Notes: generated from the sequence alone by a model not told the origin. 38,234 bases of DNA from Candidatus Woesebacteria bacterium GW2011_GWA1_44_23 (GCA_001001045.1 LCIL01000008.1:1-38234); one strand, 5' to 3'; counted from the first letter of the stretch, positions 18,386 to 27,366 are shown. Numbers and translations: made by a program.

Positions 18386-18919
18386 GTGGCATTCGATTTT
18401 AGTCAAATCATTTTCCAATCCATTATTAATTCAATCAAAATAGCACCAGCCTTATGGCTTATGATTCTTGCACTTCTTTTTGCAGCCACAGCAATTTGGG
18501 TTTTCAAACTTCTTCATCTTGCAAAAGCAGACATATTCAAAATAGACAAAATGAGTGGCGAGGAATTCGAAACTTTCCTCGAAATATTATTTAGAAACGA
18601 TGGGTTTAAAGTAAACCACACAGGTAGTTCGAATAAATATAAAGGAGATTGGGGTGCAGATTTAATCATTGAGAAAAACGGAATAAAAACTTCTGTCCAA
18701 GCAAAAAGGTGGAAATGGATGGTTACTGAAAAATCAGTGCAAGAAGTTGTTACTTCAAAAGCACAATATGGTTGCCAAGGTGCAATGGTTATTACAAACA
18801 GTCATTTTTCCTATCACGCGAAACATTTAGCACGAGTTAACAATGTCTTACTTTGGGACAGAAACACTCTCGCTTCAGAAATATTGAGAATAAGAAAACA
18901 AAATAAAAGAGAACAATAA
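18386..18919 (+). CDS. Mrr-like restriction endonuclease with N-terminal TM helix
   Basis: MSGEEFE, GD.GADLI...VQAKRW, AMVITNS.FS..A..LA. Confidence 0.88.
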   Translation: MAFDFSQIIFQSIINSIKIAPALWLMILALLFAATAIWVFKLLHLAKADIFKIDKMSGEEFETFLEILFRNDGFKVNHTGSSNKYKGDWGADLIIEKNGIKTSVQAKRWKWMVTEKSVQEVVTSKAQYGCQGAMVITNSHFSYHAKHLARVNNVLLWDRNTLASEILRIRKQNKREQ

Positions 18920-19029
18920 TCAAGAAAAATTCTAAATAAATTATTTTGGGATGACAAAATTAATACATAAAATCTTTTTGTACAGTCACTAGGGTATTGA
19001 CTTTCCGCCATTTGAATGTTTAAATCTAG

Positions 19030-19075
19030 AAGCTAAAACTGGAGAGTGAGCCTTTGGCCGCTAGCCAGTTTTTTG
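19030..19075 (+). ncRNA. Candidate structured RNA next to the DUF3800 gene 3' end (alternatively a terminator)
   Basis: AAAACTGG-AG-AGTG-A-GCC-TTT-GGC-CGCT-AG-CCAGTTTT-TT, with TTGACT-17-TTAAAT immediately upstream. Confidence 0.45.
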
Positions 19076-19078
19076 CAT

Positions 19079-19876
19079 TTAAGGAATATTGACAATCGCT
19101 TGAAAGTTTTTATATAAATTCTTCTTTTTCAGCCCCATACTTTGAGGGGTATGGAATAGTTTATTTTCCGCTTCTTTTCGTATCATTCTTTCATAACCAT
19201 TTAATGAAGCTACTTTGACAATTCTATTTTTTACCCTGTGACTAAGATTTAAACCGTAGCCCAACAAATCCGCCACTTGGGTAAGTGTATCCATGTTTCT
19301 TTTAGTTGAAAACGATAGAGAGGTAAGTCTTCTTTTAATTTCAAGGTGGTCAAGCTTATCAGATGGAAGACCTAAAGATTGATAACCAAAAAACGCTTCA
19401 TAGATGGAAATATCCTGAATTGGCGTAGAGGCTTCTTGTATAAATTCACCCGTTTTATCTTGAGCAACCAACACTCTTATAAAGTTTGCAATTAAATGTT
19501 CATATGCAATCTTTATTACTCTTCGTTGCTTCCAATTCAAGTTATAAACAGATTTTTGATCAACAATTATACAAATTGTATATAACGGGCATTTATTAAA
19601 AAAAAATTTAAGATCATTTATAAATTCTCTAAATTTCTTTAGGTCGTTTTTAAAAATTGTAAAATCTTTATCTTTTCTGCCAATATTTTTTGAATGAAAC
19701 ACCACATTTACCCTAGACCAATATTTAAATTTGATGTGATCAAGATTGGTAGAAATTTCAGAAATTCGATCCTTATCAACTACACATCCCGTCAAAATAA
19801 AAAAGGGCGAAACTTTATATCTTGCTGGGACTGACTCACCCAACTCATCAACAAACAATGCTAATTTCCTATTCAT
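19079..19876 (-). CDS. DUF3800 family protein
   Basis: N-terminal LFVDE.G, VFHS..I, and C-terminal QVADL.GY. Confidence 0.8.
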   Translation of the reverse strand: MNRKLALFVDELGESVPARYKVSPFFILTGCVVDKDRISEISTNLDHIKFKYWSRVNVVFHSKNIGRKDKDFTIFKNDLKKFREFINDLKFFFNKCPLYTICIIVDQKSVYNLNWKQRRVIKIAYEHLIANFIRVLVAQDKTGEFIQEASTPIQDISIYEAFFGYQSLGLPSDKLDHLEIKRRLTSLSFSTKRNMDTLTQVADLLGYGLNLSHRVKNRIVKVASLNGYERMIRKEAENKLFHTPQSMGLKKKNLYKNFQAIVNIP

Positions 19877-19938
19877 AAAAACAATTCAATCCTACTCCAA
19901 ATTATCAATATTTCAAATCCTGAATAGAATCGAAGGGT

Positions 19939-22900
19939 TCAAAGGTCAAACTTTAATACTTCATCGATCTTTTTTTGCAATTTATCTGTTTCTACTAACG
20001 CTACTATCATTTTTTGATAATGCTCAATATCCCCATTTGTTAATTCCGTACCTTTACGATCCTTCAACCATTTTTGTGCGGGCTGGTACCCGCCAATATA
20101 AAAATTCCATGCAACCTCAGGGACATTTCCAAAAAATTGATTTTGATTTATATAAACAGCTCTATTCTTGTAATCAATTTTTTCTATAATATTCGGTCCA
20201 TCAACGGGATAGGTGGTAACAAATTGATCCAATTTGGGTGATTCAAACAAATGAGAGGATCTTAATTCATTTCCAAAAGCAGCAATTTCTTTAAACTCCT
20301 CCTTATTCCTGGGGTATGGGACTCTTGGAAAACCACTTTTTAGGAGTTCTTTGTATTTTTCTCGGTAATTTGGCGAATATAAAACTGCATAAATATAATC
20401 AAAAATATTTTCTGGCGAAGTCTTTCCGATTATTTTTTCTATTTTATCAATTATCTCCCTCTTGAAATTTGGAACCCGAGACCCGTCCTCATTATAAATA
20501 TATAAAGGGCCAAGGTAACTAATTCCAGCACCCGCGCTTTTGTTACCTGCGTAGCATTGGTCTATGATGTATTTAGAAATGAAAATATCAAACTTATATT
20601 CTGTTGACATTGGCCTAATCCAACTCAAGCCAAAGTTTTCACCTTTTAAAAAATTCCCGAATATTTTGAACCTTCCCCAATCTACCATCTTTGGTGAATA
20701 ATAAATATAACGTTGATCAAAAGGCCTGTAGCTTATAAATTTTATTAAGTCTTCGGGCATTTCATCGATTACGGATTTTCTAGCAGTAGCGAGTTTCCAC
20801 CCTCTGGAGTCTCCCGCCAAATACTTTCCATTTTGTTTATTGGGGAATAGCCATGCGCGTATTTCATTATCAGAATAATTAAAATCTGAAAAACGAATGA
20901 TTCTCTTTAACAGTGAATCTTTATCGGTATCGATTACAACAGCATCCCGTGCAGTTACAATACCCGTCGAATTTCTTACAAAAAGTTCATTTACATCAAA
21001 CCCTTTAAGATATTCCTTTTCAAGTTTTGCAGAACTTCCTTCTTTAAAAAATAAATTAGGGAGACGGGGTTCAATAAGCTTCCATTTAATATTTTCTAAT
21101 GACGAATTATTTAACTGTTCATATTTTTTAATTCGCTTCCCCCATAAATCTTGAGAATATAGTTTTGCTAGATCTCCTTGTTTTTTCTTTCCGGTCTTTA
21201 CTGCCAGAAGAATTGAAACACCTTGTTGTATATCAAAAACATTTTCATCCTTTCCCCCATCTGGTGGTATCTCATGTTTCTTTGAATTGCCATGAAGATC
21301 CATCGAATATAAATAATCAAAAGTGTCCAGTAAACTCCATCTCATTCCTCTAAATGTTGGATTATCAAGGTAACCATGGTTAGTAATAAAACCGACAATA
21401 CCTTCGCCGTTTTTCTGAATCATTTTTTCCGCAAGCGCAATAAACTTTACATAATCATCATTAAGCCAATGTTTCTTTTCCCGAAGTCTTTGTTTTCCCC
21501 CTGGCTCTACCTTATATTTCTCAACAAGTTTGTTAGCATACTCTGTTTCATTTGATGAAATTCCACTATAGGGAGGGTTACCAATTACGATCATGATGGG
21601 TTTTTCATTTTTTATTTTTGAGGCCGCCTTCGATTCTTCGGCGATACTTTCCGCCAACCCAAGAGCAAATAAACCCTGTTGTTGGATACCGCTTTCTTCT
21701 AATGAGTTAGTAAGATAAATACCCAACCTACGATCATTAAAATATTTAAAGCCGGTATCTCTGAAAGCCAAACTTAACTTAAGATGGGCGATTGTATATG
21801 GAGTCATCATTAACTCAAATCCATAAATACGGGGAAGCAAATCATGAAGCACGTAAGGGTGCCATTGTCCTTTTTGTCCGGTTTTGATCAAGTGCTCATA
21901 AATATTCCGAATAATTTTGCTAATAAAAGTGCCTGTTCCAACGGCTGGGTCGAGGATTTGAACTTTATGCAAACCATTTTTCGTTTTTGTTGTACTTGAT
22001 AAACCCCCAGCGAGGTCAAAATCTTTCTTAAGTAAATAATCAACTGAACGTACTATAAATTGAACCACAGGAACGGGGGTATAGTACGCACCTATTTTTT
22101 TACGTAAATCTGGATCATATTCCTTAAGGAAGTCTTCATAAAAATGGATTACGGGGTCTGGTTCAATGTGTGTATTACCCCACAAATCCTTTTTGTAATA
22201 TTCTTTCATAAGTTCAGAGACGTCCGCATGAGAAAGCACATCGCACAGTTCATCAACAATATATTCGAGTCGCTTGTCGAAGTTGGGCCCAACAATATGA
22301 TCAAAAAAATCTCTAAGAAAAGGGTTTGATCTTGGTATTAAGTCACGTGCTTCTTGTCTAGAAAACGTGCTTTGAGGGTCGTCTTCATGTCGAGCTGCAA
22401 AAAGGCCGTAAACAAGCGTCTGTGCATACATATCGGCAAAAGCGTCCTTAGTTAAATCATGAACCAAAAGCTTTTTAATGGTCTCGTAAACTTTAACAAT
22501 TTCGGTGTTTATATCGGAATCATTAGCAAGGTATTGTCGTAGATTATCTCGAATTCTTCGAGCTTTACCTGCCATAATTTTTGAAAGATGTACGCCTGAT
22601 TTAATAGGCTCCTTCTGTGATTGGGAAAAGTCAATTAAGGTTTTTGCAAGATTTACAAAATTTTGAGGAAATTGCCTAATTATACGTCCCTTAAGATTAT
22701 ATTCTGCAATTTTTATTGGTTCTCCATACCGAATACCATTTCTATAAAAACGAAATTCTACATAATCGGTAAGCACTAGGTTTGTGTATCCGTAGTACCG
22801 AGTCATTTGTTCTGAATCTTCAATCCTGTCAAGAGATACACCAATATCTTTAGCTTCTATATACAATATTGGAACATCATTTTTAAGTACAATAAAGTCT

Positions 22901-23073
22901 GGTTTGTTGTGTTGTTCCGCTTTTGGATCGTGATCTATACGCCTGACATTAATTTCTTCAAAAATCTTTTTGATTAAGACCTCGAAATCAGTACGATAAC
23001 CCATCTCGCTAGTTTCCACATGAGCAAATTTAGCAGAGAGAGATGAAATATAATCAGCAAAAACATCCTGCAT
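19939..23073 (-). CDS. Fused restriction-modification enzyme (nuclease + N6-adenine MTase + type ISP-like specificity domain; type IIG/IIL-like)
   Basis: KPDF...IEAK nuclease motif, GAYYTP, ILDPAVGTGTF, GNPPY, YRPFD, and IGGYQPAQKWLKDRKG. No helicase motifs seen. Confidence 0.88.
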   Translation of the reverse strand: MQDVFADYISSLSAKFAHVETSEMGYRTDFEVLIKKIFEEINVRRIDHDPKAEQHNKPDFIVLKNDVPILYIEAKDIGVSLDRIEDSEQMTRYYGYTNLVLTDYVEFRFYRNGIRYGEPIKIAEYNLKGRIIRQFPQNFVNLAKTLIDFSQSQKEPIKSGVHLSKIMAGKARRIRDNLRQYLANDSDINTEIVKVYETIKKLLVHDLTKDAFADMYAQTLVYGLFAARHEDDPQSTFSRQEARDLIPRSNPFLRDFFDHIVGPNFDKRLEYIVDELCDVLSHADVSELMKEYYKKDLWGNTHIEPDPVIHFYEDFLKEYDPDLRKKIGAYYTPVPVVQFIVRSVDYLLKKDFDLAGGLSSTTKTKNGLHKVQILDPAVGTGTFISKIIRNIYEHLIKTGQKGQWHPYVLHDLLPRIYGFELMMTPYTIAHLKLSLAFRDTGFKYFNDRRLGIYLTNSLEESGIQQQGLFALGLAESIAEESKAASKIKNEKPIMIVIGNPPYSGISSNETEYANKLVEKYKVEPGGKQRLREKKHWLNDDYVKFIALAEKMIQKNGEGIVGFITNHGYLDNPTFRGMRWSLLDTFDYLYSMDLHGNSKKHEIPPDGGKDENVFDIQQGVSILLAVKTGKKKQGDLAKLYSQDLWGKRIKKYEQLNNSSLENIKWKLIEPRLPNLFFKEGSSAKLEKEYLKGFDVNELFVRNSTGIVTARDAVVIDTDKDSLLKRIIRFSDFNYSDNEIRAWLFPNKQNGKYLAGDSRGWKLATARKSVIDEMPEDLIKFISYRPFDQRYIYYSPKMVDWGRFKIFGNFLKGENFGLSWIRPMSTEYKFDIFISKYIIDQCYAGNKSAGAGISYLGPLYIYNEDGSRVPNFKREIIDKIEKIIGKTSPENIFDYIYAVLYSPNYREKYKELLKSGFPRVPYPRNKEEFKEIAAFGNELRSSHLFESPKLDQFVTTYPVDGPNIIEKIDYKNRAVYINQNQFFGNVPEVAWNFYIGGYQPAQKWLKDRKGTELTNGDIEHYQKMIVALVETDKLQKKIDEVLKFDL

Positions 23074-23114
23074 CCTGGCCTATTTTACTACATTTCCCAA
23101 AGATTATAAGGATA

Positions 23115-23348
23115 TTATCTTCTATTCGTTCTTTTCCAAACTGAAGTAATTCTACAAACACCTTTTGAATCGGTAAGGTAGGCAACACCAATTTCGTAGC
23201 CATTATATTTTCTTACGGAGTTGTAGCCTGCACCGTTTGTCCACTTTTCAGGAGTTCCTTTATTGTAGACGTCCATTACCTGCCCTTCGGAAAGGCCAAA
23301 AGAAGCCATTTTTGAAAGCGCTTTGTTTGTAAAAATGATATTAGCCAT
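23115..23348 (-). CDS. DUF4258 / RelE-like small protein
   Basis: IIFT..A...M...GLS...V......G...ITSVW.R pattern. Confidence 0.55.
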   Translation of the reverse strand: MANIIFTNKALSKMASFGLSEGQVMDVYNKGTPEKWTNGAGYNSVRKYNGYEIGVAYLTDSKGVCRITSVWKRTNRR

Positions 23349-23413
23349 AACCTTGGCCTATTGTAGCACTTTGCTGTATTGAAATTTATTGCTTCACGAT
23401 ATTTAATGGACGC

Positions 23414-23542
23414 ATGTCATTAACGATGCAGGATCTCGACGCGATAGAAAAAGTTGTGGGTGAACAAATTGAAGAAAGAACGAAAAATTTACCCACAAGA
23501 GATGAATTTTTTAATAAGTTGAAGATTCAACCCGCTATTTAA
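23414..23542 (+). CDS. Small hypothetical protein, possibly internally deleted
   Basis: Not in the ORF track. MSLTMQDLDAIEKVVGEQIEERTKNLPTRDEFFNKLKIQPAI*. Confidence 0.45.
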   Translation: MSLTMQDLDAIEKVVGEQIEERTKNLPTRDEFFNKLKIQPAI

Positions 23543-23555
23543 TTACCCCAAGAGA

Positions 23556-24077
23556 CTAGGGCATGAAGAAGTAATTGTACTCATCAAAGGCAAAATGGCC
23601 CGAGGGTCTATTTAAAAGAATGTCTGCAATCTGCCAGGCATCCATATCCTCAGAGATCCTGTACTCGGCGTTTTTGTCGATGGTCCTGGTTTTACCAACA
23701 CTAATCGCATTTTCGCCTGAAGTTACGTCTTTCGTGTGCTCTAAAGCATATCGGAAACTTTTTTCATCCCTGATAAAACCGTAATAAGCGAGGTTACTGA
23801 CCAGGGCGTCCAGGGTTGTGTTGTTGCTGATTCTCAGATCCACCGTTCCGTCAACTCCGGGCTTTGACCTGATCTCCTGCGCTTCCTGAGGTGTCATTCT
23901 CAAATTTTGGATAAAATAATCTTCAACTTTCTTAGGGGAATTCCAATTCCTTCCCGGGGCATCAAAGCTTTCATCGATAGGATTGGATAGTTTAGAATAT
24001 CCAAAAATACTGACAACTCCAAGAAATATTATGCCTGCAATTACATAAAGACGGTATTTGGAGAAATATTTAACCAT
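23556..24077 (-). CDS. Membrane-anchored protein with an MltG N-terminal-like segment
   Basis: TM helix. GFIRDEKSF...YRISEDMDAWQI matches KFIRDSGAF...YRLSQDMNAWAV in the MltG of this window. No catalytic domain. Confidence 0.6.
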   Translation of the reverse strand: MVKYFSKYRLYVIAGIIFLGVVSIFGYSKLSNPIDESFDAPGRNWNSPKKVEDYFIQNLRMTPQEAQEIRSKPGVDGTVDLRISNNTTLDALVSNLAYYGFIRDEKSFRYALEHTKDVTSGENAISVGKTRTIDKNAEYRISEDMDAWQIADILLNRPSGHFAFDEYNYFFMP

Positions 24078-24194
24078 CCTGCCCTATTTTAACACTTTCC
24101 CGTTTGACTTCACTCAGTCAATCTGCTTTCTTTCCTTCCCCATAGCCAAAATTTTTTCAAAATCTTCCACATTACCCACAAAACATATTGGTTT

Positions 24195-24698
24195 TCAGGC
24201 AAGCTTCTCACCCTTGTAATTTTGTTCCTTAATATTAAATCCAACTTTAAGTTTATTCATTACTTCTCTTTCAATTGGACCGGCTTTCGGGTAAATTGCT
24301 CTAAATCTCTTCTTAAAGTTTTTGCTCCAATTTTTCCCTTGAATATGGTTTCTTGCTAAGCTGGATTTATACCTTTCTATTTCATTTGCAATAATTATTT
24401 CCTCCATGGGTCCTCTCAAGGCGAGGTTGTTTTCGTATGTGTCGCTGTTATATAACTCCATAGGTAGGGTTAAGAGGTGATCACGGTAATCGTTATTCAT
24501 AACTATATTCGGATTTGCTATCCTATTAAATACTTCCGGAATGTCGGGAAAAAACTTTGGTAAATTCTCACCACAACCCATTTTCATGACTGCATCCGTA
24601 AAACCTTCTTTTGTATTTAGAGGCGGTTTGAATAAATTAAGATCAATAATGTGTTTTAAAGGAATTTCTCTTGTTATATCTAAATCTACTTTATCCAC
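24195..24698 (-). CDS. Hypothetical protein
   Basis: 167-aa ORF with TAAAAT 6 nt before the GTG. Confidence 0.6.
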   Translation of the reverse strand: MDKVDLDITREIPLKHIIDLNLFKPPLNTKEGFTDAVMKMGCGENLPKFFPDIPEVFNRIANPNIVMNNDYRDHLLTLPMELYNSDTYENNLALRGPMEEIIIANEIERYKSSLARNHIQGKNWSKNFKKRFRAIYPKAGPIEREVMNKLKVGFNIKEQNYKGEKLA

Positions 24699-24788
24699 AA
24701 AAACATTTTACATCCTTTTAAAACTAAACTCCATACAGGGCAATTGGCGACTCTGATTAGACAAATATGAAGTGAAGATAAATTTGTA

Positions 24789-24831
24789 GCGCCTGCAGGA
24801 TGTAAATAAAAATAAACAATCCTGCAGGCGC
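24789..24831 (-). terminator. 13-bp perfect inverted repeat downstream of the small membrane gene
   Basis: GCGCCTGCAGGAT...ATCCTGCAGGCGC with an AT-rich loop. No clean U-tract. Confidence 0.55.
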
Positions 24832-24851
24832 AGTCCTCGGTATTACAAATT

Positions 24852-25067
24852 TCATAAATGGCGGAGCCTATTGATCATTAGCCATACGGCTAATAATAAA
24901 AACCATACGGTAAACAACCCTCCACAACATGACGTATACGCCATTCCCAGGTCCAAATGTGATACGTAATTAAACACGTCTCTTACCATTGCGTTAAACA
25001 AAGAAAAAGCAAACAGCAAAATGAATGGGATCGCGATCAAAAACAACAGCCAATGTGACGTGCGCAT
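24852..25067 (-). CDS. Small two-TM membrane protein
   Basis: 71 aa, AGGAGG RBS, consensus promoter upstream. Confidence 0.7.
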   Translation of the reverse strand: MRTSHWLLFLIAIPFILLFAFSLFNAMVRDVFNYVSHLDLGMAYTSCCGGLFTVWFLLLAVWLMINRLRHL

Positions 25068-25135
25068 TGCACAGCCTCCTTTTCTTTAAAGTGCCAGGTT
25101 AGTTTATATATGAAATATAATACTCAAGGAACCAT

Positions 25136-25164
25136 ATTATAGGACAGGTGAGTATTTATGTCAA
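25136..25164 (-). promoter_or_regulatory. Perfect consensus sigma70 promoter
   Basis: TTGACA-17 bp-TATAAT on the minus strand. Confidence 0.8.
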
Positions 25165-25279
25165 TCGATGGACGTTGTATTTAACAAAGCGTCGCAAGGC
25201 AATCGACCGACTTTTACACATTAAGGTGAAGGGAATGTTTTTGTTTTTTTGAACCACATGGATTTGAAAGATCCGGTTA

Positions 25280-26029
25280 TTAAGACTTTTCGGCAACGAG
25301 AACTATTCTATGGCGCTGAAGGGCTATTCCTTTTTCCGTTTTGTGCTCTGCGATATACCGTGCAAGATTGTCTCTGTCTTTTATGGGGTCGTAATCCTCA
25401 AAAATAGGGACTTTCTCCAGATAACTGCTCAGATCAACCGATGTTTTAAAATATTCGGTATATAAGTACTCTCCCGCACAGGAAACCGTAAGCCAGACAT
25501 CTTCAAGATCCTTAATGTCCCTTTTTAAAACAGGTTCGTTCCACTTTCCGTAATTCTGACCTCTCCCGAAAATTTCTTTTATCGCCCGTGCATCCTGTTC
25601 ACCGACTTTTATTCCGATGTACTTGCCTCCGGGAACAAGAAGTCTTTCAAATTCAAGGTAGTCCGTGGGGCCGCGTCTGGAATAAATGACTCCGAAGATT
25701 TCGGAAAAGTATTGATTATGGAATATATCAATCTTCCTGAAACTGACGTTTGTTATTCCCGTTTCCTTTTGCAATTTACATGCGGTTTCTAGCATGCTGT
25801 CGGAGGTTTCTATTGCCGTGATTTTTTTAAAGTTCGGGGCGACACTTAGCGTAAATCTTCCGTCTCTGGAACCCACATCCAAAGCTTCTATACGGGAATC
25901 CGCGGCCTGCAGGAGTTCGCTTATAAATCTTTCTTCAGGGTCCTCACCGGGAAACTCTTTCTGCATGTCAACTTCCGTAGAATAGTTTTCGAATTTCTCG
26001 GCTACTTTATTGTAAAAATCAATTTCCAT
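25280..26029 (-). CDS. Class I SAM-dependent methyltransferase
   Basis: ALDVGSRDGRF, AIETSDSML, YSRRGP, L.PGG. Confidence 0.85.
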   Translation of the reverse strand: MEIDFYNKVAEKFENYSTEVDMQKEFPGEDPEERFISELLQAADSRIEALDVGSRDGRFTLSVAPNFKKITAIETSDSMLETACKLQKETGITNVSFRKIDIFHNQYFSEIFGVIYSRRGPTDYLEFERLLVPGGKYIGIKVGEQDARAIKEIFGRGQNYGKWNEPVLKRDIKDLEDVWLTVSCAGEYLYTEYFKTSVDLSSYLEKVPIFEDYDPIKDRDNLARYIAEHKTEKGIALQRHRIVLVAEKS

Positions 26030-26046
26030 GGGGATATAATAGCACC

Positions 26047-26574
26047 TTAAGGGTAGCAGTTGGGCCAGAGGGCACTTTTTCCGATACTTAGGGCGTAGGC
26101 AGCGGTTTGAACGGCTTCCTCCGCATTAAAGCGCAGGTTTGCGTCCGGATCCTCTCCGATTTTTACTCTCAGGTTTTTCCAGGTAACGGCTCCGAACTGA
26201 TAAAGGCCGGCATATCCTAAATTTTGGGCTAAAGGGTTAAATCCTGATTCGCAGATTGCCATGTAGCGCAAAACGTCAGGGCTTACCCCATACTGCCCTG
26301 CAAACCTGTTTATAAACTCATTAATTTGCTGGGAAGTGTATTTTGGCTGCGGAACGGGCGTTGGGGTTTTGGTCGGGGTAGGTTTGGGCTTTGGTGTAGG
26401 GGTAGGTGTCGGGGTGGCAGTCGGCGTTGGAACGGCGGTTGGAACGGGTGTTGCCGTAAAGGTGGTTACTTCTGCCAAAATTTTTTGCTGGGACTTGTCC
26501 CTATTTATCAAGAGTAGGGCAATGCCTTCCCCTGTAAGAACCAAAAGAAGAAAATATAAAACAAGCGTTTTCAT
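26047..26574 (-). CDS. SLT-type lytic transglycosylase with PT-repeat stalk
   Basis: AICESGFNP.A...YAGLYQF...TW...WP.C motif, TM helix and (PT)n linker. Confidence 0.8.
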   Translation of the reverse strand: MKTLVLYFLLLVLTGEGIALLLINRDKSQQKILAEVTTFTATPVPTAVPTPTATPTPTPTPKPKPTPTKTPTPVPQPKYTSQQINEFINRFAGQYGVSPDVLRYMAICESGFNPLAQNLGYAGLYQFGAVTWKNLRVKIGEDPDANLRFNAEEAVQTAAYALSIGKSALWPNCYP

Positions 26575-26598
26575 CCGCGCTATTTTACCATGCTTAAT

Positions 26599-27228
26599 TC
26601 ATTTATTTTCAACTTGTCCCTTTGCGATTTTAATAGGCTTAATTTTTAACTGAAAGGCATCATCGATTTCCAAAGACTGCATCTGGAATCCTGTTATGTA
26701 GTCTGGGTGAAATTTGAATTTTTTTGCCGCCTGGTCAAATATCTCGCTATCCCAGATATTTACTATCAACTCCTCGGTAATTACACCTATGTAATCGGGG
26801 ATTCCCTGTCCTTTTACCCGAGAGTAGAGAACGGCGGTTTTAACGTCGGCGGGTTTCATCTCCCAGCACTTGGAGGTAATCATATTAAGGGTTTCTCCTG
26901 TATCACATATCTCATCTACCACCAAAACCTTCTTTCTTTTTAAGTCTTTTGCGGGCAAAACCGACCATACGGGGCGTTCGTGTTTAATGACATTGTTTTC
27001 CCTTCTCGATATGCGAATGGGGAAAAGATCTTTTTGAAGCATGTGTGATACTAGGGTGGCTGCCATAAGGCCACCACGGCCGTTGCCTACTATGACGTCG
27101 GGATCGTACTTGGCTATATTTTGTACAAGACCTTTGCAAAGCCTATGGAAAACTTCCCAGGAAACGGGTCGTATTCCAACCTTTTCCTTGTACGGATATT
27201 CCTTGTATCTTTTATCTTGTTCAACCAT
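26599..27228 (-). CDS. Phosphoribosyltransferase (xanthine/hypoxanthine PRT-like)
   Basis: RGGL and the PRPP-binding motif VLVVDEICDTGETL. Confidence 0.88.
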   Translation of the reverse strand: MVEQDKRYKEYPYKEKVGIRPVSWEVFHRLCKGLVQNIAKYDPDVIVGNGRGGLMAATLVSHMLQKDLFPIRISRRENNVIKHERPVWSVLPAKDLKRKKVLVVDEICDTGETLNMITSKCWEMKPADVKTAVLYSRVKGQGIPDYIGVITEELIVNIWDSEIFDQAAKKFKFHPDYITGFQMQSLEIDDAFQLKIKPIKIAKGQVENK

Positions 27229-27366
27229 GTTCCCAATAAAGAAGTGTTATTGTACCATTTTAGAGGCAACCAGGCTATTTGCCTGCCGCGCCCGGGGGAT
27301 GGACTATGCCGGTTTGAACTGGGTAACCCGCTTTACCTCCTTCACTCACAGAATAAGGGCGTTTTG

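Noticed and set aside
24195-24197. Genetic code 25 (TGA = Gly)
   Set aside because: TGA clearly terminates conserved genes here (rpmI, thrS, the R-M gene), and long ORFs have no internal TGA.
17900-26030. Classical integron cassette array
   Set aside because: No tyrosine integrase and no recognisable attC (RYYYAAC...GTTRRRY) hairpins, and gene orientations are mixed.
26340-26460. GT-rich tandem repeats (also about 11940-12090)
   Set aside because: They encode Pro/Thr linkers on the minus strand.
27330-27342. 13-nt complementarity to 35500-35512 (AAGGAGGTAAAGC)
   Set aside because: Several 13-mer matches are expected by chance in 38 kb, and this one is SD-like sequence.
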